Translations under genes and position numbers: made by a program
Notes under the pieces: generated by a model
The model's input: only the letters and a program-made list of their open reading frames with translations
Database searches by the model: none
Told to the model about the DNA's origin: nothing
Source of the DNA: a virus
Length of the DNA: 57,763 nucleotides
Direction: 5' to 3' (one strand)
IMG/VR virus record: IMGVR_UViG_3300045988_077974
Part shown: piece by piece, positions 18,669 to 27,770 of the stretch
Numbering within the stretch: the stretch's first letter is position 1
How the letters are laid out: each line of letters opens with the position of its first letter

Positions 18669-19765
18669 TACTCACCCTCCTTGACCTTCATAACAACTAC
18701 GCTGTCCATTCCCTCGAATGTAGGAAGTCCAATCATAGAAACTACGCAGTGAGTGTTGATAGGATGATTTGTAGCATATGTGTAAACAGCGATACCGGTC
18801 TCTACGATAGAAAGATTTCCGTCTGTAAGACTTCCACTTCTCTCCTCTGGAGTTCTGCCGAATACATATTCCCCAAGGAATACTCCGCCGGACTGTGCTG
18901 ACACAATGCCGGTAGGTACAAAGCTCTTTGTCTTTCCATCTGCCGGATCAATGTACAGCTTGTCGTAAATCTCAATCTCGATACCGTACCCACGAAGATA
19001 CTCTGTTACCTGTCCCGGCTGCAATCTGATTCCACCATTGTAAGCGGTAATTCCAAGCACTTGCTTCTTTGTATCCTCTGCCTTGAGAACCATTTCCCAA
19101 GTCTCTGTATTCATCGTAAATCGTGTGAGCGAATATCCTGTTTTCTTTGCAAACTCACGTCTGGTTTGAATAAGATCATCAAGAGGAGTTGCAGTTGCCG
19201 ACTTATCCCATGCACTTGTATCCTTAAACTCAACAAAGTGGTCTGTTTTATGCTCTGCTCCGTTATCTGCCGTGTAGTCGATTGTGTATTTCTTATCGCC
19301 AAGAACAACATCAACCTTCGGAATACCATCTTTCGGTGCAAGCAACTGCCAAATCTGTCTCTCCGGAACCACTCTAGCTCCCTCGATAAGGTTCATTGGC
19401 TTTTTGCTGATCTCACGAAGCACGCTATTGGCAAGGCCTGAATTTTCAGCGTTTTGATAATTTGCGTACTCCTGCTCCTCTTTCTCTGTTACCATGTAAC
19501 TCTCACGGTAAAAAGGCATCTCACTCTGAATGTCAGAGAAACCTCCAACGTCTCTTAACTCTGCCTGTGCGTCAAAATTAGATGCTTTCAAAGAGACCGG
19601 GAGTCCGCTCTTTCCTTTGATAAACCTAAGATCGAGACTATCCTGCTTTCTTGTTCCAAACTTTAAACGTCCAAGATAAGGCTCCGTTCCTAATGTTTTC
19701 TTGTAATTATCCCACATTACACCGAGACTTCTCGCTGTAAATGCTTCTGCTAATGGTAATGCCAT
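18668..19765 (-). CDS. Major capsid protein (lambda gpE-like family)
   Basis: 365 aa, preceded by decoration and scaffold genes. The N-terminus MALPLAEAFTARSL...YLGRLKFGTRK is typical of Phage_cap_E. Confidence 0.85.
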   Translation of the reverse strand: MALPLAEAFTARSLGVMWDNYKKTLGTEPYLGRLKFGTRKQDSLDLRFIKGKSGLPVSLKASNFDAQAELRDVGGFSDIQSEMPFYRESYMVTEKEEQEYANYQNAENSGLANSVLREISKKPMNLIEGARVVPERQIWQLLAPKDGIPKVDVVLGDKKYTIDYTADNGAEHKTDHFVEFKDTSAWDKSATATPLDDLIQTRREFAKKTGYSLTRFTMNTETWEMVLKAEDTKKQVLGITAYNGGIRLQPGQVTEYLRGYGIEIEIYDKLYIDPADGKTKSFVPTGIVSAQSGGVFLGEYVFGRTPEERSGSLTDGNLSIVETGIAVYTYATNHPINTHCVVSMIGLPTFEGMDSVVVMKVKEGE

Positions 19766-19787
19766 AGTTTTTTACCTCCTTAAATCA

Positions 19788-20135
19788 TTACACCTGTGCA
19801 ATCTTTGGTGCGCCGTAAAATGTAACCCTTGGTGTTGCTTTTCTTGCTGCGTCAGCAATCGCTGGATCAAGATTTTTTACCTTTTCCCAGTCGATTGTCC
19901 CTTGATAAACATAGGTACCAGGTGCATCACCCTGTGTAACATCTACATCCTCAAGCAGATATCCAAGGCATCCATCATCATTTGTTGGGTAAGGTGTTCC
20001 TGCAGGAACAATCTTTCTTTCGTTTGCATCTGCAACAACTCCCGACTGCGCTACTACGCAAGCCGCTCCCTCATAAGGGAAAAATTTCAAAATCCCTTTA
20101 CTTTGTGTAAAATCCCTTGTAATAGGCTTTCCCAT
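19788..20135 (-). CDS. Head decoration protein (gpD-like)
   Basis: 115 aa between the scaffold and capsid genes. The GDAPGTYVYQG-type segment resembles gpD-like proteins. Confidence 0.65.
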   Translation of the reverse strand: MGKPITRDFTQSKGILKFFPYEGAACVVAQSGVVADANERKIVPAGTPYPTNDDGCLGYLLEDVDVTQGDAPGTYVYQGTIDWEKVKNLDPAIADAARKATPRVTFYGAPKIAQV

Positions 20136-20149
20136 CGTCTTTTACCTCC

Positions 20150-20701
20150 TTAAATCACATAATGGTTTTGATCTTCTACGTTAGTCTCAACGCCAAAAGT
20201 AATGTTTTCGGCGTTTTCAACGTCAGCTGTTTTTTCTTTGTTTTTACCACCGCCGGCACTTCCACCGCCCGGATTTGTAGAACCGTTTGCGATTTCCTGC
20301 TCTTTTGCTTGTGCGGCAGCGGTTTCTTTCTCGGACATAATTTTTCCAAGAGCAGCCGTGTCGAAATTTCCATCATCACCAACAACTTCTTTTGCCTGTT
20401 CTGCTGTGATGCGAAAATCTGTCATAGCTTTTTCACGAAGATCTCTAATTGCATTATTTTTTTGTAACTCTGCAATCTGCTGATTAGCTGTCTCCAATGC
20501 TTTGTTAGCTTTATCAAGCTCGGTAAGGTTTCCAGCTTCAAAATCATCAATCTTTTTTTGAAGCTCATCTGCTTTTTCAGCTTTTTCCTTATATTGAGCT
20601 GTTTTTGCCTTTTCCCTTTGGATAGAGCTGCCGTAATCTGCCATAATCTTGTCAGCGTCTTCTTCGCTAACTCCCATAGCAATAAGTTCTTCTCTCTTCA
20701 T
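20150..20701 (-). CDS. Scaffolding protein (GP20-like)
   Basis: Start at 20701 behind GGAGGTAATT. Highly charged coiled-coil: MKREELIAMGVSEEDADKIMADYG... Confidence 0.75.
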   Translation of the reverse strand: MKREELIAMGVSEEDADKIMADYGSSIQREKAKTAQYKEKAEKADELQKKIDDFEAGNLTELDKANKALETANQQIAELQKNNAIRDLREKAMTDFRITAEQAKEVVGDDGNFDTAALGKIMSEKETAAAQAKEQEIANGSTNPGGGSAGGGKNKEKTADVENAENITFGVETNVEDQNHYVI

Positions 20702-20815
20702 AATTACCTCCGATATGTCATACGATTTTTTATACGGTGCAACGACACCGATTGACATTGTTGATTTTTACGCTCACAACTTTGCGAATTTTTATAAAAT
20801 AAAAACGGCTACTGA

Positions 20816-22276
20816 TTATTCAGCAACCGTTTTATCTATCTCTTTGTCTAATGGATTGTCGTTATTTAATTTATCTGTTATTTCCTTGGCTTTTCTTTCC
20901 TGTTCTTCCAAATCATCAATCGTTTGATATTTCGCTTTTAAGTACGGATCAGAAAGAATAAATGTTTTTTCCGCATCTCCCCAAAGACCAACTGTTTTAA
21001 TAGCCACAAGCGGATGAATACCACATTGTAAAAGTACCGTAAGCGTTTGTGCTTTTGTGTACATATTATCCTGCGGACTGTGATTGATCTGCACATCAAA
21101 ATCCCTTGAGGTAATGCCAAGATCATGATCTTTTATTCTGATAATGTTCAGAATAATTTTCGCCAGCTTCTTTTCTGCAGACTTTACCAATGGGTCTTTC
21201 AGCTTTGCCCTTGTCTTTGAAAAATCCCAACCATTTCTAAGTTGAACCGCTCCCTGTGTATCTCCACCGGAATTATTATTGTTTTTATTTGGGATTGCTA
21301 AAATTGATAAAGCGTTATCCCACAGATCATCTTTCGCAACCTGGCATTCCGTTTGATTAAGCTCCTGCGTCATCACATCAACATCTGATTTATTGTCTTT
21401 GTTGATTGACTTTACGACCAAGGCTCGATTCATTTTCATTTTTTCAAATTCTTCTGAATCAATTTCACAATTTACGAATTTTATCCAGCTTTGAACGAAT
21501 TGTTCAATACCGTCCATTCTGTTCGATTGCATTGTATTGATAGAATCTAAAATATCAATGACAAGTTCGATATCAGATATTCTTTCGTGGTTGTTCGGAA
21601 ACTCCACAATCGGAATACCACCAAAACCGTGTAATTTCCAATCATAAACTTTTCCGTCTGCAATTTTGCATTCATGTGTCTTTGTATAGCAAAGCTTATA
21701 CCACTCGCCATCTTCATTTTTCAATTCTTGGACGGCAACCAACGCCTCTTCTGTATGTCTGCTATAAATAACAAACGTATTCATCGGAGATGGAGCAACG
21801 ATACGAAACGGTATGTCGCCATCGGAAAATTGTGCCGCTTTAAACGACGTCCCTACGGCAGATTGCCATTCTCCGGCTTTGATATCTTTTTCCTGTTTGT
21901 CGGCATCCGTTGTATAATCGTTATATTCATCAACAGCCTTGTTAATGTTTTCATCATTTTTCCGGCTTACCATTTGCACCGGCTCACCGTAAGTTTGCCC
22001 TACTTTAAATTGCACAATTTCATATGCGTGATTTTCTTCTACCTTATTTGTGATATCTTCATTCGATACTTTGGTTCTATAAAGCACCGGCTGATCTCCT
22101 TTGTAATAATTCCAAAGGTACTCAATAGCTGTTTTATTGTAGTTAAAAATTCCAATGCAATTTCCGATAACATTAGAAATATTATTCGCCGTTATCGTTT
22201 CTACGTCCGTATATGCAATTTTCCGTCCGTATCTACCTTTCGCAATATCACGAAATGGCATTTTGTTTCTTAACAT
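20816..22276 (-). CDS. Portal protein (SPP1 gp6-like)
   Basis: 486 aa downstream of terL. YLWNYYKGDQPVLYR and the QSWIKF region are typical of SPP1-type portals. Confidence 0.88.
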   Translation of the reverse strand: MLRNKMPFRDIAKGRYGRKIAYTDVETITANNISNVIGNCIGIFNYNKTAIEYLWNYYKGDQPVLYRTKVSNEDITNKVEENHAYEIVQFKVGQTYGEPVQMVSRKNDENINKAVDEYNDYTTDADKQEKDIKAGEWQSAVGTSFKAAQFSDGDIPFRIVAPSPMNTFVIYSRHTEEALVAVQELKNEDGEWYKLCYTKTHECKIADGKVYDWKLHGFGGIPIVEFPNNHERISDIELVIDILDSINTMQSNRMDGIEQFVQSWIKFVNCEIDSEEFEKMKMNRALVVKSINKDNKSDVDVMTQELNQTECQVAKDDLWDNALSILAIPNKNNNNSGGDTQGAVQLRNGWDFSKTRAKLKDPLVKSAEKKLAKIILNIIRIKDHDLGITSRDFDVQINHSPQDNMYTKAQTLTVLLQCGIHPLVAIKTVGLWGDAEKTFILSDPYLKAKYQTIDDLEEQERKAKEITDKLNNDNPLDKEIDKTVAE

Positions 22277-22288
22277 ACAATTCCACCT

Positions 22289-22486
22289 CTAAAAAAATGT
22301 CATACCGCTCGAAGTTTCCCTCGCAGGTAACTTTTTAATCTCTCTTTTTCCTGTTTCCGGATAATAAATAACACGCTTTACGCATTTATTGCACCGGCAA
22401 ACAATATTCATCGTCCCTCTCCCGTCATAAGTTCCGACCTTACGACCGCAATTAGGACAATATATCGTTCTTTTTACATACTCCAT
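22289..22486 (-). CDS. Com-like zinc-ribbon protein
   Basis: CPNCGRK...CRCNKC four-Cys arrangement, resembling the Mu Com zinc finger. Function not established. Confidence 0.45.
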   Translation of the reverse strand: MEYVKRTIYCPNCGRKVGTYDGRGTMNIVCRCNKCVKRVIYYPETGKREIKKLPARETSSGMTFF

Positions 22487-22501
22487 AAAATACCTCTTTT
22501 T

Positions 22502-22531
22502 AAAACAAAAAAGGACACCTAAATGGTGTCC
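22502..22531 (-). terminator. Rho-independent terminator between the DUF1492 gene and the portal block
   Basis: Stem GGACACC (22513-22519) pairs with GGTGTCC (22525-22531). The plus-strand A-run at 22502-22512 gives a U-tail on the minus strand. Confidence 0.7.
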
Positions 22532-22622
22532 CCTCTACATCACAGGAGTAAAGATATGAGCTTTAACTCTTTCTTCACGATAAATATTATCATAAAAGAT
22601 ATATGACATTCTATGACAAGTT

Positions 22623-23045
22623 TTACAAATATTCTTCTCCGTACTTTTTTTCAAATTGTTGCAACGCTTTTCCGTGTAATCTGACAATCTGCCTCCACGA
22701 ATATTCCATTTCGGTAGCAATTTTTTCAAAAGTCTTTTTTTCTATGTACCTGGAAAATAAAATTTGATAAACGCTTTCTTCCTCCATTGTATCTATTTGA
22801 GCAATAATCCTTTCTCTTTTGACTAAATATTCGTCAATCATTTTATCGAGATTGTTCTCCAGTTCATCTATTTTTGCGATCGCTGTTCCTATTTTGTCAA
22901 AATTAGGAGAAGTCTGTACCTTTTCATCGTTTCCAATAGCTGATATGCTTACAGAAAGCTCTCTTAATTGAGATATTTCAGACAACTTATTGTTTATCAT
23001 TTTGTTTAATCTGCTTACTTGTGATAAATAATCTTTAGTTTTCAT
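22623..23045 (-). CDS. DUF1492-type sigma70-region-4-like transcriptional regulator
   Basis: KDYLSQVSRLNKMINNKLSEISQLRE...ILFSRYIEKKTFEKIATEMEYSWRQIVRLHGKAL matches the DUF1492 pattern (AYRLD.RI..K...; ...W..IA.EMGY..R...RLHG.AL). Confidence 0.7.
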   Translation of the reverse strand: MKTKDYLSQVSRLNKMINNKLSEISQLRELSVSISAIGNDEKVQTSPNFDKIGTAIAKIDELENNLDKMIDEYLVKRERIIAQIDTMEEESVYQILFSRYIEKKTFEKIATEMEYSWRQIVRLHGKALQQFEKKYGEEYL

Positions 23046-23046
23046 C

Positions 23047-24771
23047 TCAATACCTCCTAAATGGATTTTTTATTGCTTCTACTTTTGCAACTCTATTTCC
23101 TTGGGTTATTCTTAGAGCAAAGTTTGAAAAAACATCCGGCACATCATCTAATTGTTTTTTCCCGGATACAGAATATTGCTTTAATAACGACATCATCACG
23201 CCGTATGGATCGTTTGGTTTATAAAGAGAACTGTCTTTAAAAATTACATGCTGCAATATCCAGTTTGAACATTGAAAAATTCTTGCTTCTTTGTTCGTTT
23301 CCGTTGGAACGTCAGTTATATTGCATATCCACCCAACACTTTCCACACGTTTATTTACTTCCATGGCTACACGGTCTCCGCCGGCATTACGCTCAAATTC
23401 GCATTCTTGTACTTTATTATTTACAAGAACTCCTGCGGCGTTTCTATATTGTTCTTCATAATCTGCCGTGTTATCGCACACGCAATCCACGCAATAATAA
23501 TCTTCTCCGTATTTTTGTAGAACAGGCAACACAAAATAGTCAGTTCCTTTTCCTTTTGTATCACACTGACCCGTAACAATTTCCGGTTCTCCGTGCGGCA
23601 AATTAAGATACCGTCGAATTTTATCTTCCGGAAACAATAGCCCTTCTCTTTCAATCGGATCCTGTTTGTATAGGCAGCGATAAGAAATTTCATCCATAAG
23701 CAACTGTATGTCTTCAAAATCCTTTACCGTATATCCACCGAATTCAAAGTTGAAATTACTTTCTCCAGTTTTCGGGTCAATGTCCGGAACCGATATCACC
23801 TTTACCCTTTTATTTCCCTCATATGCCTGTATAATACGACCTATAACATCCCGAACGCTCCATCTCGTAGCAATGTGTATTTCCTTGCACGGATTTCCGT
23901 CTTCGTCCGGAATTTTTCTCTGTCTAGCATCTACAGCATACTTTCCCCATAATTTATCAAGATAAGTAGGGTTTAGTGCTTCTTCAATTCCCCCAATCAT
24001 ATCATCAACAAGCAAAAATTTATTTGCACGGACTTTACCAGCATTTTTACTTCCGACTGACGTACATTGTACAGACTGAAACGGCTTATACTTTCCGACA
24101 TTAAATTGTTCAAGTTTTGCGTTTGTACTTGTTACTTTAAGGTCTGGGAATATTTCATTCCAGGTATATTCATCTTCGTTCGTTACAATATCGTACATAC
24201 CGTCATAATACATTCTGGTAATATCTCCGCTATGGGAATAAAAAAGATTATATCCACTCGTATACCATCCTATAACCGCAGAATGGAAAAATTTTTCAAT
24301 CGTTGTCTTTCCTGTTCCTGGGGGTAATGAGATACACAATATGTCGTACTTATCATCAATCATCCCCTGCAACGCATCCACAAGACCAATTTTTAAAAAT
24401 TGTTTTCTTCTTGGCATATAAAAACGCTCTTTAGGCTCTCTTTTTTTCTCAATGTACCTAAAAAAACTGTCAACAATTTTATTTTGAGCTTCGATCAACA
24501 AAATCTCATAATATTTATCCAGCAATTCAAAAGAGCTTTTATTTTTGAAAACAAACTTTTCTATGCCCCACATATCAAGTCCTGTGTCACGAATGCATAC
24601 GGTTTCTATCAGCTCTTTTGCTCTAGCCGTACATTTCAGCATTAAGTCAGTTTTTTTTTCTTCCTTAGCAAGCTGGCACACATCACAGTATGTATTTATT
24701 ATGTTTTCATCAATTCCATTTCGGGTAATATACTTTTCGCAATCAGAAATCAGATTTTCTAATTCAGACAT
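23047..24771 (-). CDS. terL: Terminase large subunit
   Basis: Walker A ISLPPGTGKTT and LLVDDMIGG, plus the C-terminal nuclease half. Preferred start is the ATG at 24771 (MSELENL...) behind GAGGTG. Confidence 0.9.
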   Translation of the reverse strand: MSELENLISDCEKYITRNGIDENIINTYCDVCQLAKEEKKTDLMLKCTARAKELIETVCIRDTGLDMWGIEKFVFKNKSSFELLDKYYEILLIEAQNKIVDSFFRYIEKKREPKERFYMPRRKQFLKIGLVDALQGMIDDKYDILCISLPPGTGKTTIEKFFHSAVIGWYTSGYNLFYSHSGDITRMYYDGMYDIVTNEDEYTWNEIFPDLKVTSTNAKLEQFNVGKYKPFQSVQCTSVGSKNAGKVRANKFLLVDDMIGGIEEALNPTYLDKLWGKYAVDARQRKIPDEDGNPCKEIHIATRWSVRDVIGRIIQAYEGNKRVKVISVPDIDPKTGESNFNFEFGGYTVKDFEDIQLLMDEISYRCLYKQDPIEREGLLFPEDKIRRYLNLPHGEPEIVTGQCDTKGKGTDYFVLPVLQKYGEDYYCVDCVCDNTADYEEQYRNAAGVLVNNKVQECEFERNAGGDRVAMEVNKRVESVGWICNITDVPTETNKEARIFQCSNWILQHVIFKDSSLYKPNDPYGVMMSLLKQYSVSGKKQLDDVPDVFSNFALRITQGNRVAKVEAIKNPFRRY

Positions 24772-24777
24772 AAAGAA

Positions 24778-24807
24778 AAGCACCTCGCTTTCACAGCAAA
24801 GGTGCTT
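24778..24807 (-). promoter_or_regulatory. Hairpin sequestering the terL RBS (terminator/attenuator-like)
   Basis: AAGCACCT (24800-24807) pairs with AGGTGCTT (24778-24785) on the minus-strand RNA, followed by UUCUUU and the AUG. The GAGGUG RBS is inside the 3' arm. Confidence 0.5.
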
Positions 24808-24872
24808 ATAGACCTCTGCCTATAATTTTTCTAGGGTAGCGACTACAATCAATATGTAGCCGGTAATATCAC

Positions 24873-25157
24873 TTAATCAATGTCCGCAATGCTTTCTACA
24901 AAACAATTGTAATAAATATATCTCTTTCCATTGAAGTCAAACTTAACATATCCACCATCATTTGTATCAATATCAATCTTTCCTTTATATGTTGCAAGCT
25001 CTTTACCATCTGCCGTATATACAGTAATTGTTCTGTTCATACCGCCATTGATATTGCTCTTAAAATCAGTTACACTTCTTTCCCATTGTGCAGTACATCC
25101 AGTCATTCCAAAACACAATGTTAATCCTAATACTACAGATAAAATTTTCTTCTTCAT
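24873..25157 (-). CDS. Small lipoprotein (moron-like)
   Basis: Signal peptide MKKKILSVVLGLTLCFGMTGC with a lipobox-like MTGC. Confidence 0.7.
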   Translation of the reverse strand: MKKKILSVVLGLTLCFGMTGCTAQWERSVTDFKSNINGGMNRTITVYTADGKELATYKGKIDIDTNDGGYVKFDFNGKRYIYYNCFVESIADID

Positions 25158-25222
25158 AATAATTCCTTTCTGCTGATATCAGCAATTTATTTTTTGTCTT
25201 CGTTTTATTTATTTCAACATAT

Positions 25223-25603
25223 TCATACGTCATCCTCCTCAAATATTTTTTTTACTTTTTCCATATAATCCGGCATACCATCTAATATTTTATACAATTC
25301 ATCTGCTGTGTTTGGAGTTCTGCTTCCTGTATGTAATATTTCTTTTCCTTTTTTGAATATCGACATTGAAGTTTCACCATACAAACAACCTTCATATCCG
25401 TTTTTATGTTTAACAATTATTTGATTGTTTTTTATTTCATATTTTATTCCGTTTTTAGATATGTATATTCCATTTTGCATACTAATATCCTCAATTTTTA
25501 AATTAAAATCATTCCTATTCATTCTAAATTTATCTAAATAGGCTTGTATCATTCCCTTTGCTACAAGTGTAAATGGTATATTCTTCCCCTGTTTCTTCAT
25601 CAA
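25223..25603 (-). CDS. Hypothetical protein
   Basis: ORF track. Co-oriented packing. Start uncertain. Confidence 0.45.
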   Translation of the reverse strand: MMKKQGKNIPFTLVAKGMIQAYLDKFRMNRNDFNLKIEDISMQNGIYISKNGIKYEIKNNQIIVKHKNGYEGCLYGETSMSIFKKGKEILHTGSRTPNTADELYKILDGMPDYMEKVKKIFEEDDV

Positions 25604-25641
25604 AAACGAAATCTTCTTCGCTTAATTTACATTTTAAACAA

Positions 25642-25920
25642 TCATTCATTCCTAGCAGCTCTGCACACATAAGTATGGCACCTCCTTGAATATCTAATAC
25701 ACATTACAGAGTCATGTACAAGGTCTGGCATATACCCTGTTTCTAAAATAGTTTTCGATATTTTTCTCGCTTGCTTGATACTATTGAGTAATGGCATGTT
25801 TAAATCTTTTCTAAAGTGCTTAAAGTACGAAAGGAACCATTCTCTTTGTGCATATCTTATATTGTGCCTTATTCTGCTATCTAATTGCAGACAATGAAGT
25901 ATTTCTTTAATTCTTCTCAT
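25642..25920 (-). CDS. Hypothetical protein
   Basis: ORF track. An alternative 46-aa ORF with a strong RBS starts near 25673, so this call is uncertain. Confidence 0.35.
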   Translation of the reverse strand: MRRIKEILHCLQLDSRIRHNIRYAQREWFLSYFKHFRKDLNMPLLNSIKQARKISKTILETGYMPDLVHDSVMCIRYSRRCHTYVCRAARNE

Positions 25921-26143
25921 TCCTCATAAACCTCTCAAAATCTTTCCTACACTTAGGACATAACTCGTAATTCCATTTTAGAAAATGTGTATAGGTAACT
26001 TTTTCAAACAAATTTTCATCTTCGTACTTAGGAACAACATCTCCATATACACCGCACATCTGAAAACTCATTTTTGTCATTGGTTTGATTTTGATTTTTG
26101 CATCGCACCTGTCGCAAGTACGCCATTCTTTTTGATGTTTCAT
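25907..26143 (-). CDS. Hypothetical Cys-pair (zinc-ribbon-like) protein
   Basis: CDRCDAK...CPKC motifs. Confidence 0.5.
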   Translation of the reverse strand: MKHQKEWRTCDRCDAKIKIKPMTKMSFQMCGVYGDVVPKYEDENLFEKVTYTHFLKWNYELCPKCRKDFERFMRNEKN

Positions 26144-26167
26144 TCTTCCACCACCTATTCTATATGC

Positions 26168-26311
26168 TTAAATGTTCGCTACAATCATTGTCAAAAGAAA
26201 TATAATACTTAAAAACCCCACTTCTGCGACTTCTCTAATATTTTTGGATTTCTTTATGAGCCATAACGATAAGATATAGTAAATAAACAATGCTATTTTA
26301 CACAATATCAT
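26168..26311 (-). CDS. Possible 47-aa two-TM peptide (MILCKIALFIYYILSLWLIKK...)
   Basis: Hand translation. GGTGGAAG RBS. Confidence 0.35.
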   Translation of the reverse strand: MILCKIALFIYYILSLWLIKKSKNIREVAEVGFLSIIFLLTMIVANI

Positions 26312-26326
26312 TCTTCCACCAGCTTT

Positions 26327-26536
26327 CTATATTTCTGATATATCTTTTATTTCTCCATCTGGAAGTTTTACCTTAACTTTGTCTGCTAGTAATGTTATTT
26401 GAATTTCTTTTGCTGTGTCCTTTTGATAAATATTGGATATACCATCAATACTTATTACTCCTTTTAAAAATTCGCCATCAAGAAATAATCTAACAATTCC
26501 GCTTGAATGGTCAAGCAACACCTCTTTAACCATCAT
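26327..26536 (-). CDS. Hypothetical protein
   Basis: ATGA-type overlap with the stop of 26533..26793. The track start 26602 is less likely. Confidence 0.5.
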   Translation of the reverse strand: MMVKEVLLDHSSGIVRLFLDGEFLKGVISIDGISNIYQKDTAKEIQITLLADKVKVKLPDGEIKDISEI

Positions 26537-26793
26537 TCCACCAACTTTCTGCCACACATAGGGCAATAATTTATTTTTATATATCCTCTTGCGTATTCCC
26601 AACTCGAATTATCAAAATATAGTCGATTTTCTTCATCTTCGTTCACTAATGTTACTCCGTTGACTTCGTTAAGTTTATAATCTCTTGAACAAAAAATACT
26701 TTTTGTTCTTTTTGTATATTTTTTCCCTTTTCCATACCCATCTACAATTTTAAAATTTATTTTTTCGCAAAATTCACACATATTACACCTCAA
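26533..26793 (-). CDS. Hypothetical zinc-ribbon protein
   Basis: CNMCEFC...CPMCG motifs. Confidence 0.55.
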   Translation of the reverse strand: MRCNMCEFCEKINFKIVDGYGKGKKYTKRTKSIFCSRDYKLNEVNGVTLVNEDEENRLYFDNSSWEYARGYIKINYCPMCGRKLVE

Positions 26794-26859
26794 TCAAATA
26801 TTCTTTGAAATAGTTTTCAATATCTTTAGGCATATTAACAATTCTAAGCCATGTCCATT

Positions 26860-27084
26860 TTACAATCCGTTACAATGTACCGTGAATCCGCCATCCATAT
26901 ACTCTTTTACAGCTTTTCGCAACGCAGACTTTGACTTATATCTCTTTCTTAGCATAATAGCCACGCCTTTTCTCTCGATAGCATAAATTCCAAACGGAAC
27001 GGTATCGCTTGCAATTTTCAGAAGTTCATTAAACTGAACAATAGAAAGTCCATCATAAATGCTTTTCCCTATATTGACCGTCAT
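26860..27084 (-). CDS. Hypothetical protein
   Basis: ORF track. RBS GGAGGGATTAT before the ATG. Confidence 0.5.
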   Translation of the reverse strand: MTVNIGKSIYDGLSIVQFNELLKIASDTVPFGIYAIERKGVAIMLRKRYKSKSALRKAVKEYMDGGFTVHCNGL

Positions 27085-27182
27085 ATAATCCCTCCTACAC
27101 CTTGTATATCGCTCATATTCAAACGATTTTATTTTTTATGCACAATTCCCTGCTTTTGTCCTAAAATTGATTTACGGGCAAA

Positions 27183-27380
27183 TTAGACATTTCTCAAATC
27201 CGTAATGATAACCATTCTATCAAAATTATCTTCCATAGCTTTATCGAAAGTCTTTGTTGCATAAAGAAATTCGCCAGTATAAAAATCTGTCACAGCATAT
27301 CTGTATTCCGGATAAAGGTCATATTTTATCTTTTCCAAAGTCTTTTCTGTCTTTTTGATTGCATTTCCCGTTCCAAACAT
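27183..27380 (-). CDS. Hypothetical protein
   Basis: ORF track. Co-oriented. Confidence 0.45.
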   Translation of the reverse strand: MFGTGNAIKKTEKTLEKIKYDLYPEYRYAVTDFYTGEFLYATKTFDKAMEDNFDRMVIITDLRNV

Positions 27381-27382
27381 CC

Positions 27383-27595
27383 CTAAATCCTCACAATTTC
27401 GTCAAGGTCGTAATTATCTCTGACATAATCAACAACCTCGCTCAATCTGTTTTTCACAAATTCATCATTAGCAATTTCCGGCAAACAATGAAATGTGCAG
27501 CTATTCTCTTTCCCGTACTTTTTATACTTCCCGTAGTCAAATGTCATATAAAAATCGGTATTTGCGTCAGATTTTTCGTTTTTCTGCAAAGCCAA
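27383..27595 (-). CDS. Hypothetical protein
   Basis: ORF track. TTG start without a clear RBS. Confidence 0.35.
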   Translation of the reverse strand: MALQKNEKSDANTDFYMTFDYGKYKKYGKENSCTFHCLPEIANDEFVKNRLSEVVDYVRDNYDLDEIVRI

Positions 27596-27610
27596 TGGTT
27601 AAAAATCCAT

Positions 27611-27763
27611 TCAATCATTGTTTTCCTCCATACACAAAACTAATTTCACAATTTCTAAACACTTTTCACGATTTTCTTCATCAGTGCAACACCCAAAAGC
27701 GTTATACCGGCAATCGTGAAAGTGACAACTATAATCTTTTGGTGCGATATCAGAAAAATTCAT
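27611..27763 (-). CDS. Possible 50-aa Cys-rich protein (MNFSDIAPKDYSCHFHDCRYNAFGCCTDEENREKCLEIVKLVLCMEENND)
   Basis: Hand translation. GGAG RBS 5 nt upstream. Confidence 0.4.
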   Translation of the reverse strand: MNFSDIAPKDYSCHFHDCRYNAFGCCTDEENREKCLEIVKLVLCMEENND

Positions 27764-27770
27764 ATTTCTC

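Noticed and set aside
22535-22729. Track ORF 22535..22729(-)
   Set aside because: It overlaps the 3' end of the DUF1492 gene and runs through the terminator hairpin. No RBS.
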